From an uncultured Gemmatimonadaceae bacterium (lineage in GTDB: Bacteria > Gemmatimonadota > Gemmatimonadetes > Gemmatimonadales > Gemmatimonadaceae): a DNA stretch of 64,000 nucleotides. Of this stretch, positions 31,300 through 40,572 are shown in pieces. Each line of letters begins with the position of its first letter. The stretch's first letter is position 1. Location of the stretch: the NCBI GenBank assembly GCA_963822945.1, contig CAWGJO010000024.1:123995-187994 (forward strand), in the 5' to 3' direction. The translations under genes were made by a program, and so were the position numbers. A model generated the notes under the pieces. That model was not told where the DNA came from. It was given only the letters and a program-made list of their open reading frames with translations, and ran no database searches.

Positions 31300-33080
31300 T
31301 TGACCGTCCCGCGCACCGCGATGTGCAGGTCCCGCAACTCCTCCGGCGGCACCGGCGACGGCGCGCCTTCGAACAGGGCGCGCGCGGCCGTCGTCTTGGG
31401 AAAGGCGATCACATCGCGCAGCGACGGCGCGCCGGCCAGCATCATGGCGATGCGGTCGAAGCCGAGGGCAATGCCGCCGTGCGGCGGCGCGCCCGCCCGC
31501 AGCCCCTCGAGCAGGAAGCCGAACCGCGCCTGCGCCGTCGCTTCATCGATGCCGAGCAGCGAGAACATCCGGCTCTGCATGGCCGGATCGGCGATACGGA
31601 TGCTGCCCCCGCCCAGTTCCGTGCCGTTGAACACCACGTCATAGGCGTTGGCCCGCACGCGTTCCGGCGCCGTATCGAGGAGCGGAACGTCCTCCGCCAG
31701 CGGTGACGTGAACGGGTGGTGCACGGACGCCAGCGCGCCGGTGGCCGGGTCGCGGTCGAAGAGCGGGAAATCGGTGACCCACAGAAACGCGTGCGCCTCC
31801 TCCGACACCAGGCCCATGCGGCGCGCCACGTCCTGCCGCACGCGGTCCAGCGCCGGATTGGCCACACGGTCGACGGCGGCGACGTAGAGACCGAGCGATC
31901 CTTCGGGAAGTCCCAACCGCTGCAGCGCGTCGTCCCCCAGAAACTTCGCCGCCGGCCCCTCGAGCTTACCGTTCACGTGCTTCAGGCGCAGCAGCCCCAT
32001 GGCGCCGGCCGACTTGGCCTCCGCCTCGATCTCGTCCACCTGCTTGCGCGACAGGGCGGCGCCCCCGGGCACCACGAGACCGCGGATCCGGCCACCCTGC
32101 GCGAACGCCGACTGCGCGATGGAGAACTCGGTGCCGCGGAACACGTCACTGACGTCCGCGATTTCCAGTCCGTAGCGGAGATCCGGCCGGTCGCAGCCGT
32201 AGCGCTCCATCGCATCCGCATAGGTCATGCGCGGGAACTCCGCCGGCACGGTGTATCCCGCCTCTTTCCAGAGCGCCGCGATCATGCCCTCGGTGAGGCC
32301 GATGACGTCCTCGGCGCCGATGAACGAGGCCTCGATGTCGATCTGCGTGAACTCGGGCTGCCGGTCGGCCCGCAGATCCTCGTCGCGAAAGCAGCGCGCG
32401 ATCTGGAAGTACCGGTCGTAGCCCGCCACCATCAGCAGTTGCTTGTACAACTGCGGCGACTGTGGCAACGCGTAGAACTCGCCTTCGTGAATCCGGCTCG
32501 GCACGAGATAGTCGCGGGCGCCCTCGGGCGTCGGCTTGGTGAGGATCGGGGTCTCGATCTCCAGGAATCCGCGCTCGCTCAGATAGCGCCGCGTCACCTG
32601 CATCAGGCGATGGCGGAGCAGCAGATTGGCCTGCAGTTCCGCCCGCCGGAGATCCAGATACCGGTGGCGCAGGCGCAGGTCCTCCGCCGGCAGGTTCTCG
32701 CCCTTGGCCCGCGCGACCGGGATGGCCGGCACGGCGGCCGGCCCCACCAGTCGCATGGCCGTGACGTGCACCTCGACTTCGCCGGTGGCCAGTTCCGCGT
32801 TCTGCATGGCGGGCGGACGGGCGACGACGTCCCCCTCGATCAATACCACCGACTCGTTGCCGAGCGCGGCTGCCTGATCGCAGAGCGCCTTGGAGGTACG
32901 CTGCGGGTCGAACGAGGCCTGCACGATCCCGCTCAGATCGCGCAGATCCACGAATACGAGACCGCCGAGGTTGCGAGCCCGGTGCACCCACCCGCCAAGG
33001 CGCACTTTCTGCCCCACGTGCGCCGCCCGCAGGGCGCCGCAGCGATGGGTCCGGAGTGTAGTCGAGAAATCGGTTTGCAT
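31296..33080 (-). CDS. aspS: Aspartate--tRNA ligase
   Basis: RTHRCG, TPEGARDY, LPQSPQ, CFRDEDLRADRQPEF, GAPPHGG. Confidence 0.98.
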   Translation of the reverse strand: MQTDFSTTLRTHRCGALRAAHVGQKVRLGGWVHRARNLGGLVFVDLRDLSGIVQASFDPQRTSKALCDQAAALGNESVVLIEGDVVARPPAMQNAELATGEVEVHVTAMRLVGPAAVPAIPVARAKGENLPAEDLRLRHRYLDLRRAELQANLLLRHRLMQVTRRYLSERGFLEIETPILTKPTPEGARDYLVPSRIHEGEFYALPQSPQLYKQLLMVAGYDRYFQIARCFRDEDLRADRQPEFTQIDIEASFIGAEDVIGLTEGMIAALWKEAGYTVPAEFPRMTYADAMERYGCDRPDLRYGLEIADVSDVFRGTEFSIAQSAFAQGGRIRGLVVPGGAALSRKQVDEIEAEAKSAGAMGLLRLKHVNGKLEGPAAKFLGDDALQRLGLPEGSLGLYVAAVDRVANPALDRVRQDVARRMGLVSEEAHAFLWVTDFPLFDRDPATGALASVHHPFTSPLAEDVPLLDTAPERVRANAYDVVFNGTELGGGSIRIADPAMQSRMFSLLGIDEATAQARFGFLLEGLRAGAPPHGGIALGFDRIAMMLAGAPSLRDVIAFPKTTAARALFEGAPSPVPPEELRDLHIAVRGTVK

Positions 33081-33297
33081 TGCGAGAGGAAAGGGCGGCC
33101 GCAGCTCACCGCAGCCCGAGGCACGGCATGGTTGCCGGGCGGCTCGGCTTTGTCCGCGCGATCGGCGCGCAGGCGCCGGACGCGCAAACCGACCCGGGCG
33201 ATTGTGGGCCGGGTCGGCGGAAAGTGGGGGAAGCCGGAAAGCGACTCATCGAACCCTGTATCATAATGCCGGAACGACACTTACGGTAGTTGTCGCC

Positions 33298-33327
33298 TTG
33301 ACTCTGGACCCATGGCCCGTCTAGCTT
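33298..33327 (+). promoter_or_regulatory. Candidate sigma70 promoter for rlmN
   Basis: TTGACT, 18-bp spacer, TAGCTT. Confidence 0.5.
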
Positions 33328-33454
33328 AAGTGCCTGCGCTGCATGCTCTTCGATGCTGTCATCTCCCATGAGTTGCCAGCTCTTCGTCTTTCCGATCGGC
33401 ACCGGCTGCTCGCCCGCAGACCGTGCAGCGGAACATCATCAGTCCCGGGTTTCC

Positions 33455-34540
33455 ATGAGTGAGCGCGAGAACCTGCTCGACCTGACGCCGGCTCAGGCGT
33501 TGGAACGCCTCACCGCATTCGCGGAGGCCGAAGGGCTGCCCGCATACCGCGCCCGCCAGATCGTACGCCATCTGTGGATGTCACCGGCGCCCGACTTCGC
33601 CGGCATGAGCGACCTCCCCGTCGCACTGCGCGAGCGGTTGGCCGCCAAGTTCGCCCTGCCCCGCCTGGAGATCGCGGCGCGGGAGAAGTCCGCCGACGGC
33701 ACCGAGAAGTTTCTCTTCCGGCTGGCCGACGGAGAAGCGATCGAGACGGTGGCCATTCCGGACGGGAACCGCGTCACGCTGTGCATCTCGTCGCAGGCGG
33801 GCTGCGCGCTCCAGTGCGCGTTCTGCGCCACCGGGGCCATGGGCTTCTCGCGCAACCTGGCCGTGCACGAGATCGCGGGTCAGGTGCGGGAGATGCGCCT
33901 GCTCGATCCGCCGATCCCGGTGACCAACATCGTGTTCATGGGTATGGGGGAACCGCTCATGAACTGGAAGGCGGTGGACCCCACGCTGACGATTCTCAAC
34001 GACCCCAACGGCCTCGGCATCGGCGCCCGGCACATCACGGTCTCCACCGTCGGCGTGCTGCCGGGTATCGTCGCGCTCGGGAAGCGTCCGGAGCAGTTCC
34101 GGCTCGCGATCTCCATCCACGCGCCCAGCGACTCGTTGCGTCGCGACCTGATGCCCATCAATACCAAGTACCCGTTGGCCGATGTGATCGAGGCGGCCAA
34201 GGTCTTCGACCGTCGGGTGACCTTCGAGTACGTGATGTTGGGTGGCGTCAACGACGGCGAGGAGCATGCGCTGAACCTGGCCGCGCTGGCCCGCGAGTGC
34301 CGGGCCTTCGTGAACCTGATTCCGCTGCACCCCGGCGGGGCGCGCGGCTTCACCCCGTCGCCGCGTCCGAAGATCGCCGCCTTCGCCCGCGAGCTGCGCG
34401 CGCAGGGCGTCGAGGTCGCCGTGCGCAAGAGCCGCGGCGTGGACATCGCCGCGGCGTGCGGGCAGTTACGGGTGGAGCGGCTCGGGCGGCGGCCGCCAGG
34501 CGCGCCCCAGCAGCACGGTCACGTCCACGTAGAGCGTTGA
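33455..34540 (+). CDS. rlmN: 23S rRNA/tRNA C2-methyltransferase RlmN
   Basis: CISSQAGCALQCAFC, VFMGMGEP, TFEYV, DIAAACGQL. Confidence 0.97.
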   Translation: MSERENLLDLTPAQALERLTAFAEAEGLPAYRARQIVRHLWMSPAPDFAGMSDLPVALRERLAAKFALPRLEIAAREKSADGTEKFLFRLADGEAIETVAIPDGNRVTLCISSQAGCALQCAFCATGAMGFSRNLAVHEIAGQVREMRLLDPPIPVTNIVFMGMGEPLMNWKAVDPTLTILNDPNGLGIGARHITVSTVGVLPGIVALGKRPEQFRLAISIHAPSDSLRRDLMPINTKYPLADVIEAAKVFDRRVTFEYVMLGGVNDGEEHALNLAALARECRAFVNLIPLHPGGARGFTPSPRPKIAAFARELRAQGVEVAVRKSRGVDIAAACGQLRVERLGRRPPGAPQQHGHVHVER

Positions 34541-34897
34541 GTCGGGGCGCGCCTCGACGCGCGCCCCCCCGAGCGCACGCGCCACCCGCTGCGCCCAATC
34601 GGGATGGTTGGTCCGGTCCAGCACCAGCGTACTCTCGCTCTGCTGCGCACTCGTCCCGATCGACACCACGTCGAATCCGCGATCGCGAAGCACGAACGTG
34701 CCGCGCCGGGCGAGCCCGCGGATCCGGGTCGCGTTGAGCACCTCCACCCGGACCCGGGCGCGCTTGGGCGCGGTCAGATCGGGGGGCGGCGCCGCGGACG
34801 CGCCGAGCCCCTGATACGCCCGCGCCCACCAGTACCATCCACCGCCCATCAACGCGAGGAAGGCGGCGGCCGCGAAGACGACGGTGCGCAGTCTCAC
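34466..34897 (-). CDS. LytR C-terminal domain membrane protein
   Basis: N-terminal TM helix, VRVEVLNAT...GLA, DVTVLLG. Confidence 0.85.
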   Translation of the reverse strand: MRLRTVVFAAAAFLALMGGGWYWWARAYQGLGASAAPPPDLTAPKRARVRVEVLNATRIRGLARRGTFVLRDRGFDVVSIGTSAQQSESTLVLDRTNHPDWAQRVARALGGARVEARPDSTLYVDVTVLLGRAWRPPPEPLHP

Positions 34898-35442
34898 TGC
34901 AGCCCGTTCCAGAGCGCGATGGTCTGCTCGAACACGGGGTGTCCCTCGCGGAGCGCCCATTCGATCCGCGCCCGCACGACCTGACGAAACACCCCGTCGA
35001 AGTCGTGCGGCACATGCGCGGCGAGGAAGGCGCGGTCGGCCCGCGCGAACTTGCGCCCCGGTTCCAGGAAATCGGCCATGTACAGCGCCCGTCCGGGGCG
35101 CGCCCAATGCGGATCGCCGATCGTGTGGTGCCGGATGGCGGCCAGGACGTCGGCCCGGGATTCCCCGTCACGCTCCAGGCGAATTGCCGCCGCCGGTCCA
35201 TGCAGGATCTTCGACGGACCGGTGGCCACGCCCGTCAACTGCCGCAGCCGCTCTTCGGGGGCGTCGCGCAGCGCGTCGTGCCAGCGTCCCGCGTCGCGCC
35301 AGGCCGCCGCCTCGGCGTCGGAGATCCCCAGCGCCGCCGCCCACGATTCGAGGAGCGCCGTCACGCGCGCAATGTGGGCGCGGCGGGCGTCGCCCACCTC
35401 CGCCCACGACGGCAGCGCCAGAGGATCCGCGCCGCTACTCAT
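34894..35442 (-). CDS. YqeK-like HD-domain hydrolase
   Basis: RRAHIARV, WHD, LHG, AIRHHTIG, LYMADFLEPGR. Confidence 0.85.
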   Translation of the reverse strand: MSSGADPLALPSWAEVGDARRAHIARVTALLESWAAALGISDAEAAAWRDAGRWHDALRDAPEERLRQLTGVATGPSKILHGPAAAIRLERDGESRADVLAAIRHHTIGDPHWARPGRALYMADFLEPGRKFARADRAFLAAHVPHDFDGVFRQVVRARIEWALREGHPVFEQTIALWNGLQ

Positions 35443-35851
35443 GCCCGGCCGCCTCGAGCAACGCGACTTCACGCTGCCAGAAGTCCCGGTCGCGAAGCCC
35501 GGGATGCGGCAGCACGAGCTGCTCGTCGCGCAGCGTCAGGTCGCCGAACCGCACGATGTCGAGATCGAGGGTGCGCGGTCCCCAGCGCACGCGCCGCATC
35601 CGCCCGGCCGTGCGTTCGATGCCGTGCAGCCGAGCGAGTAGATCGTGGGGGCTGAGCGTGGTTTCGATAGCGACCATCTGATTCAGATACGGCTCCTGAC
35701 CGGGCGGCCCGAACGGCGCCGTTTCCTCCACCGGAGTCTCGGCAATGACACGCGTGCCGGGAAGGGCGCCCAGCGCGTCCCGCGCCATGGCGAGGAAATG
35801 GGCCCGGTCTCCGAGGTTGGATCCCAGCGCGATGTAGGCGACCTCACCCAT
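35435..35851 (-). CDS. folK: 2-amino-4-hydroxy-6-hydroxymethyldihydropteridine pyrophosphokinase
   Basis: YIALGSNLG, YLN, RWGPRTLDLDI, LPHP. Confidence 0.96.
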   Translation of the reverse strand: MGEVAYIALGSNLGDRAHFLAMARDALGALPGTRVIAETPVEETAPFGPPGQEPYLNQMVAIETTLSPHDLLARLHGIERTAGRMRRVRWGPRTLDLDIVRFGDLTLRDEQLVLPHPGLRDRDFWQREVALLEAAGHE

Positions 35852-36203
35852 CGACCGGACGCTGGATGACCACCTCGACGTAGTCGAGCGGCGCGCCCAG
35901 CGGAACGTTGGGCTTCCGGATGCGCACCTCCACGCGCTGCACGCCATCCACGCCGAGCGTGGCCGTCGCCACCCGCTCGGCGATCTCCTCGAGAAACTCG
36001 CGCGGCGAGCCCATCACCGCATCGCGGGCGGCGGCATGCAGCCCGCGATAATCCACCACGCCGGCGTGTCCAGCGGTGATCCAGGCCGTCAGATCCACTT
36101 CGAGGGGCTGCGGGTGCTCGCGCTCGTGCGGGAGGATGCCCACCAGCGTGTGGAAGCGCATGCCCCGGAGCGTGATGCAATCGAGATGGCGATCGCGCGT
36201 CAC
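35844..36203 (-). CDS. folB: Dihydroneopterin aldolase
   Basis: [26 protein letters not shown]. Confidence 0.93.
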   Translation of the reverse strand: MTRDRHLDCITLRGMRFHTLVGILPHEREHPQPLEVDLTAWITAGHAGVVDYRGLHAAARDAVMGSPREFLEEIAERVATATLGVDGVQRVEVRIRKPNVPLGAPLDYVEVVIQRPVDG

Positions 36204-38278
36204 GTCACGCTCGTGATGCGGTGGGTCAGCTCACTGAGGTAGACGGCGACGGCCCGCAGCTCCTGCGTGGCGCCCTCCAACTCGCGCAGCGCCGCCGCCT
36301 GGTCCTTGGCCGACGCGGTCACGCTCTCGGCGCCTTCGCGGTTGTGCTGCGAGATCGCGGCGATGCGCGCCACGCGTTCACGCAGGCGGCCGAATTCGAG
36401 TTCCTGGTCGCGGGACGTGCGCGCGATGCGTTGGGCTCCGGCCGCCGCCGCGGCCGTGGCGTCCACGATCTGGTCGAGCGCCTGGCGGGCGGACTCCGAC
36501 AGCGTCTCGGCGTCACTCACGATCGCCTGCCCGCGCCCCATCTGCAGCGCCACGCGACGCATCTGCTCCTCGAACCCCATCAGCACATCACTCGCGTCGT
36601 CCGCCGCCGTCGCGCTCTGCTCGGCCAACTTGCGCACCTCGTCGGCGACGACCGCGAACCCCTGGCCGTGTTCGCCGGCGCGCGCAGCTTCGATGGCGGC
36701 GTTGAGCGCCAGCAGATTCGTCTGATCCGCCAGCGACCGGATGACGGTGATGAACTCGGTGATGCGTCGGGTCGCCTGCGCCAACGCCTCGACCTGCGCC
36801 CCGCTCTCCCCCACGAATCCCTTGGCGTTCACCAGCCGTTCGATGGCCGTGGCGATCGTGAACCGGTGCTCGCCCGCGATCTCCGTGGCCTGCTGGCTCG
36901 CCTTCGCGGCGGCGTTTCCGTCGCGGGCCACTTCCGCCGTCGCCCCGTGGAGCGCCGTCGTCGCTTCGAGGCTGCGGTCGATCTGTTCGTTCTCCTCCAC
37001 CACGCCGCGCTCGATGTCCGAGATCGTCCGCGCCACGCTCTCGCCGCCCGACCGCAGGGCCCGCGCCGATTCCGTGAGGGTGTCGAGCTGCGAGCTCACG
37101 CGCGTCATCGCCTCGAGCAGCGGCTGCCGGAGATCGTGAATGTGGAGCGTGGTCGCCAACTGGTTCGCGAAGCGCCGGATCAGACCGACTTCCTTGAGCG
37201 AGTAGGCGTTGCGCTTGTGGTGCTCCAGTTCGAGCAGCCCGACGTTGCGATCGCCGAACCGGAGCGGGATCACGGCCACGCTGTCCACGTTCGGCTTCAC
37301 CTTCTCGATCCGCGGATCGTGCTGCGTGTCGCCGACGATCACCGGCTGCCCCTCCGCCAGCGCGGCACGACGCAGGGGGTTGTCGGCGGCGGGAATCGGA
37401 TTGGCGCCATCAGTGTAGCCGGTGGACTGGTTCCAGACGAGCGAGAGGCGGTCACCCTCCAGACGGTAGATGCTGAACGACCGCCAGTCGACGAGGCGGT
37501 GGGCCAGCGCTTCGATTCGCCGGAAGGCGTCGCCCAACCCCACGTCCGACGACACCACCTGTTCCATGGCCAGGATCTTGTTCAACTCTTCCGCGGCGAC
37601 GGCCTCTTCGAGGATGCGGCGTACGAGCAGACCGCCGAGGCCGAGCAGGATGCCCACCACCACCCAGCCCGCCGGACCGAGTTCGGTGATCGTGATGATG
37701 ATGATCGATACGGCGATGGCGCCGGCACCGAACCCGATCACCTCGTAGCGCAGAATCAGCGACTTCTCTTCCTCGAGCAGCTTGTCGCGGAAGATGAGCG
37801 TGAAATACAGGAGCGCGCGGCTGATCAGGAAGTACGCGAACATCAACAGCGCCAGCGGCGGCAGGTCGTTGGCCGTCAAGATGGTGCCGGCCGCGCCGGT
37901 GACCCGCGCCGCCCACGCGTACATCCCGAACGCAGCCAGCAGCGCCACGACCTCACGCCCGCCGTTGATCCAGGCCGACTCCAGGGGCTTCCGCAGCACC
38001 AGCGCGTCGGCCACGATGACGCCGACGTACACCGCGAGCGCCGTGGCCGGCGCGCCGATAGCCACAGCGCCGGCTACCGCCGGCACCGCCAGCAGGTTGA
38101 GCGCGCCGTACTTGGTGAGCGGAATCTGAAAGATGCGCATGATCGCGGCGCCGACCAGCACGACCAGGAGGCCGTACCGCTGGGTGAGCCAGCGCGGGTC
38201 GTGCGCCAGCGCCACGGCCAGCAGCAGCATCCCGGCCAACCCGAGCGCGCGCGAATAGATCCGGAGAAAGATCGCCAC
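36200..38278 (-). CDS. Methyl-accepting chemotaxis protein with multi-TM N-terminus and GAF domain
   Basis: About 7 TM segments, GAF ([16 protein letters not shown]), signalling hairpin [37 protein letters not shown]. Confidence 0.93.
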   Translation of the reverse strand: MAIFLRIYSRALGLAGMLLLAVALAHDPRWLTQRYGLLVVLVGAAIMRIFQIPLTKYGALNLLAVPAVAGAVAIGAPATALAVYVGVIVADALVLRKPLESAWINGGREVVALLAAFGMYAWAARVTGAAGTILTANDLPPLALLMFAYFLISRALLYFTLIFRDKLLEEEKSLILRYEVIGFGAGAIAVSIIIITITELGPAGWVVVGILLGLGGLLVRRILEEAVAAEELNKILAMEQVVSSDVGLGDAFRRIEALAHRLVDWRSFSIYRLEGDRLSLVWNQSTGYTDGANPIPAADNPLRRAALAEGQPVIVGDTQHDPRIEKVKPNVDSVAVIPLRFGDRNVGLLELEHHKRNAYSLKEVGLIRRFANQLATTLHIHDLRQPLLEAMTRVSSQLDTLTESARALRSGGESVARTISDIERGVVEENEQIDRSLEATTALHGATAEVARDGNAAAKASQQATEIAGEHRFTIATAIERLVNAKGFVGESGAQVEALAQATRRITEFITVIRSLADQTNLLALNAAIEAARAGEHGQGFAVVADEVRKLAEQSATAADDASDVLMGFEEQMRRVALQMGRGQAIVSDAETLSESARQALDQIVDATAAAAAGAQRIARTSRDQELEFGRLRERVARIAAISQHNREGAESVTASAKDQAAALRELEGATQELRAVAVYLSELTHRITSVT

Positions 38279-38279
38279 G

Positions 38280-39080
38280 TCAGGCAGCGTCGATGGCGGA
38301 ACGCAGCGACGCCGCGAAGGACACGGCGCGCTCGACGCTCTCGTCCGCCGCCCGAACGATCGCGCTCCCCACCACCACGCCGTCCGCGAGCCCGGCCACA
38401 GTGGCCGCCTGGCCCGCGGTGGCCACGCCGAAGCCGACGCAGATGGGCAGCGTGGTGACGTCCCGCAGCCGAGCCACGGTTTCGGGGAGTTCCGGCGGCA
38501 GCGCCTCCTGCATGCCCGTCACGCCGAGGCGACTGATGAGGTACACGAAGCCGCTGCCGTGCGTCGCGATCTCACGCATGCGCTCCCGCGGCGTGGTGGG
38601 CGCCACCAGCCGGATGAACGCCAGCGGGCTCTCCCCGAACCACCGTTCCCGCTCGGGGTCCGCGCCAACCGGCAGGTCGGTGACGAGCACCCCGTGCACG
38701 CCGGCCTCGGCTGCGCGTGCGAGCGCATCGGAACCGGCGGCGAGCAGCGGGTTGAGATAGCTGAACAGCACGACGGGCACGGACAGCGCCGCCTCGGCAA
38801 TGATCTCGAGCACGGCGTCGAAGGTGATGCCCTGGGCCAGCGCGCGCTGCGAACTGGCCTGGATCACCGGGCCGTCGGCGAGTGGGTCGGAGAACGGCAC
38901 GCCCACCTCGATGACGTCGGCGCCCGCGGTCGCGAGCCCCTGGAGCAGCGCCACGGATCGCCGCCGGTCGGGATGGCCGGCGGTGACGTAGGGAACGAGG
39001 GCCTTACGCCCCTGGGACCTGAGCGCGGCGAAGCGCGCCGCGATGGCCTCAGACGAAATAGTCGCCGACACGAATGCCAT
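38280..39080 (-). CDS. trpA: Tryptophan synthase alpha chain (start 39080 or 39071, overlapping upstream gene)
   Basis: [47 protein letters not shown]. Confidence 0.97.
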   Translation of the reverse strand: MAFVSATISSEAIAARFAALRSQGRKALVPYVTAGHPDRRRSVALLQGLATAGADVIEVGVPFSDPLADGPVIQASSQRALAQGITFDAVLEIIAEAALSVPVVLFSYLNPLLAAGSDALARAAEAGVHGVLVTDLPVGADPERERWFGESPLAFIRLVAPTTPRERMREIATHGSGFVYLISRLGVTGMQEALPPELPETVARLRDVTTLPICVGFGVATAGQAATVAGLADGVVVGSAIVRAADESVERAVSFAASLRSAIDAA

Positions 39081-40572
39081 ACCGTTCCGGATTCTCGGTC
39101 TTGATGATGGTCCGACGGAAATTCCCATCGCCATCGCGGTCCGCGAGGTCGATGATCTCGCCGGGTTGCACGAGGTTTCCCATGGCGTCGCTGATCACGC
39201 GCACGATCGGCCGCGAGAGCATCTCCTGCAGCGGATTGACCGCGTGCACGATGCCGAGTTCGAACGTGTCGAGCACCACGAGCGTTCCCACGGGATAGAT
39301 ACCCGTGAGGTTCACGAACGCCTTCACGAGCACGGGATCCATGCCGCGGCGCGGGTTGTCGCGCATCTCCTGCATGACCGTGGCCGGGTTGAGGGGCGTG
39401 GTCTGGTACGCGCGCCGTGACGTCGCCGCGTCGAAGCCGTCGGCCACCGCGACGATCTTGCTGTACATGCTCATCGTCCGGGGACGGATCGGCCGGGGGT
39501 ATCCCGTCAGGTCCGTCTTCATGTGGTGCTCCATGGCCACCACCATCGCCCGGTACGGGAACTCCTGCTGGCCGCGCACCTGGAACAGGGCGAGCACCCC
39601 GAGCCAGGGATGCGCCGCGATCATCCGCCATTCGTCGTCCGTCAGCCCGCCCGTCTTGTTGAGCACCTCGGCCGGCACCCGCTGCTTGCCGATGTCGTGG
39701 AACAGCGCCGCCAGCCCGAGATCGTACAACTGCAACTTCGTGAGCCCGAGTCGCTTGCCGATGGCCACCGAGAAGATGCAGACGTTCACGCAGTGCGTGA
39801 ACGTGTACTCGTCGTAGTCCCGAATCGTGGTCAGGCCGATCAGCGACGTTTCTTCGTTGAGAATCTGGTCGACGATGCCCTGCACGATGCGCTTGATCTT
39901 CTTGATGTTGGGGCTCTTGCCGAGCCGCACCGACATCATCAGGTCCTTGGCAACGACGACCGACTGCGAGTAGGTGCGTTTGGCCCGTTCCCGGGCCTTC
40001 TCGGTGTCCCCGGACGCCGTGGCGGTCGGCGGCCCGACGGTGAAGACGCGCACGCCGGCGTGCTCGAGCCGCTCGACGACCGTCGCCAGGCGCTCGTCCG
40101 GCGGCTCCGCATTCACGCTCTGCAGCGTCGAGAGCAGGATCATCCAGTCCTTCGTCGTCGCGCCCTCGTGCACGTCCAGCGATCCCGCCCCGTTGGTGCG
40201 GAAGATCGTCAGGATGTGGCTGAAGCTGGCGTAGTTGTCGAGGTCGATGCGCAGCCGGATGGCGTTGACGAAGATGAACTCCCCCGACACGCGGAGGTGC
40301 ATCTCCTGCTCCGCGTTCAGGATGTCGTTGGCGCGCGCGGCAAGTTCCGTCAGGGCCTTCTGTACGGCCGCGTTCTCCACCGGGTACAGCTTGATGGCGC
40401 GGAGCGCCGCGTACAGATCGCGGATCATGTCGCGCCCCACACGCCGCACGTAGGAGTCCCCGTGCGCCCCGGCATCCCCTCCGGCGGTGGACGTCTCCAT
40501 GGCTGCCCGGGTCAGCGCGTCGGTGGGCCGCTGCGTCGACGTGGCGGCTTCCGGGTGCCCGTCGGTCGTCAT
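39049..40572 (-). CDS. HD-GYP domain protein
   Basis: YTFTHCVNV, LFHDIGK, HP, HHMKTDLTGYP, VADGFDA, RAYQ, YPVGTLV. Confidence 0.92.
   Translation of the reverse strand: MTTDGHPEAATSTQRPTDALTRAAMETSTAGGDAGAHGDSYVRRVGRDMIRDLYAALRAIKLYPVENAAVQKALTELAARANDILNAEQEMHLRVSGEFIFVNAIRLRIDLDNYASFSHILTIFRTNGAGSLDVHEGATTKDWMILLSTLQSVNAEPPDERLATVVERLEHAGVRVFTVGPPTATASGDTEKARERAKRTYSQSVVVAKDLMMSVRLGKSPNIKKIKRIVQGIVDQILNEETSLIGLTTIRDYDEYTFTHCVNVCIFSVAIGKRLGLTKLQLYDLGLAALFHDIGKQRVPAEVLNKTGGLTDDEWRMIAAHPWLGVLALFQVRGQQEFPYRAMVVAMEHHMKTDLTGYPRPIRPRTMSMYSKIVAVADGFDAATSRRAYQTTPLNPATVMQEMRDNPRRGMDPVLVKAFVNLTGIYPVGTLVVLDTFELGIVHAVNPLQEMLSRPIVRVISDAMGNLVQPGEIIDLADRDGDGNFRRTIIKTENPERYGIRVGDYFV

Noticed and set aside
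33106..33402. 98-aa ORF between aspS and rlmN
   Set aside because: No recognisable motif, and it spans the divergent promoter region.
34466..34540. 75-bp convergent overlap of rlmN and the LytR_C gene
   Set aside because: The RlmN tail past ACGQL is non-conserved run-on, which is common in high-GC genomes.
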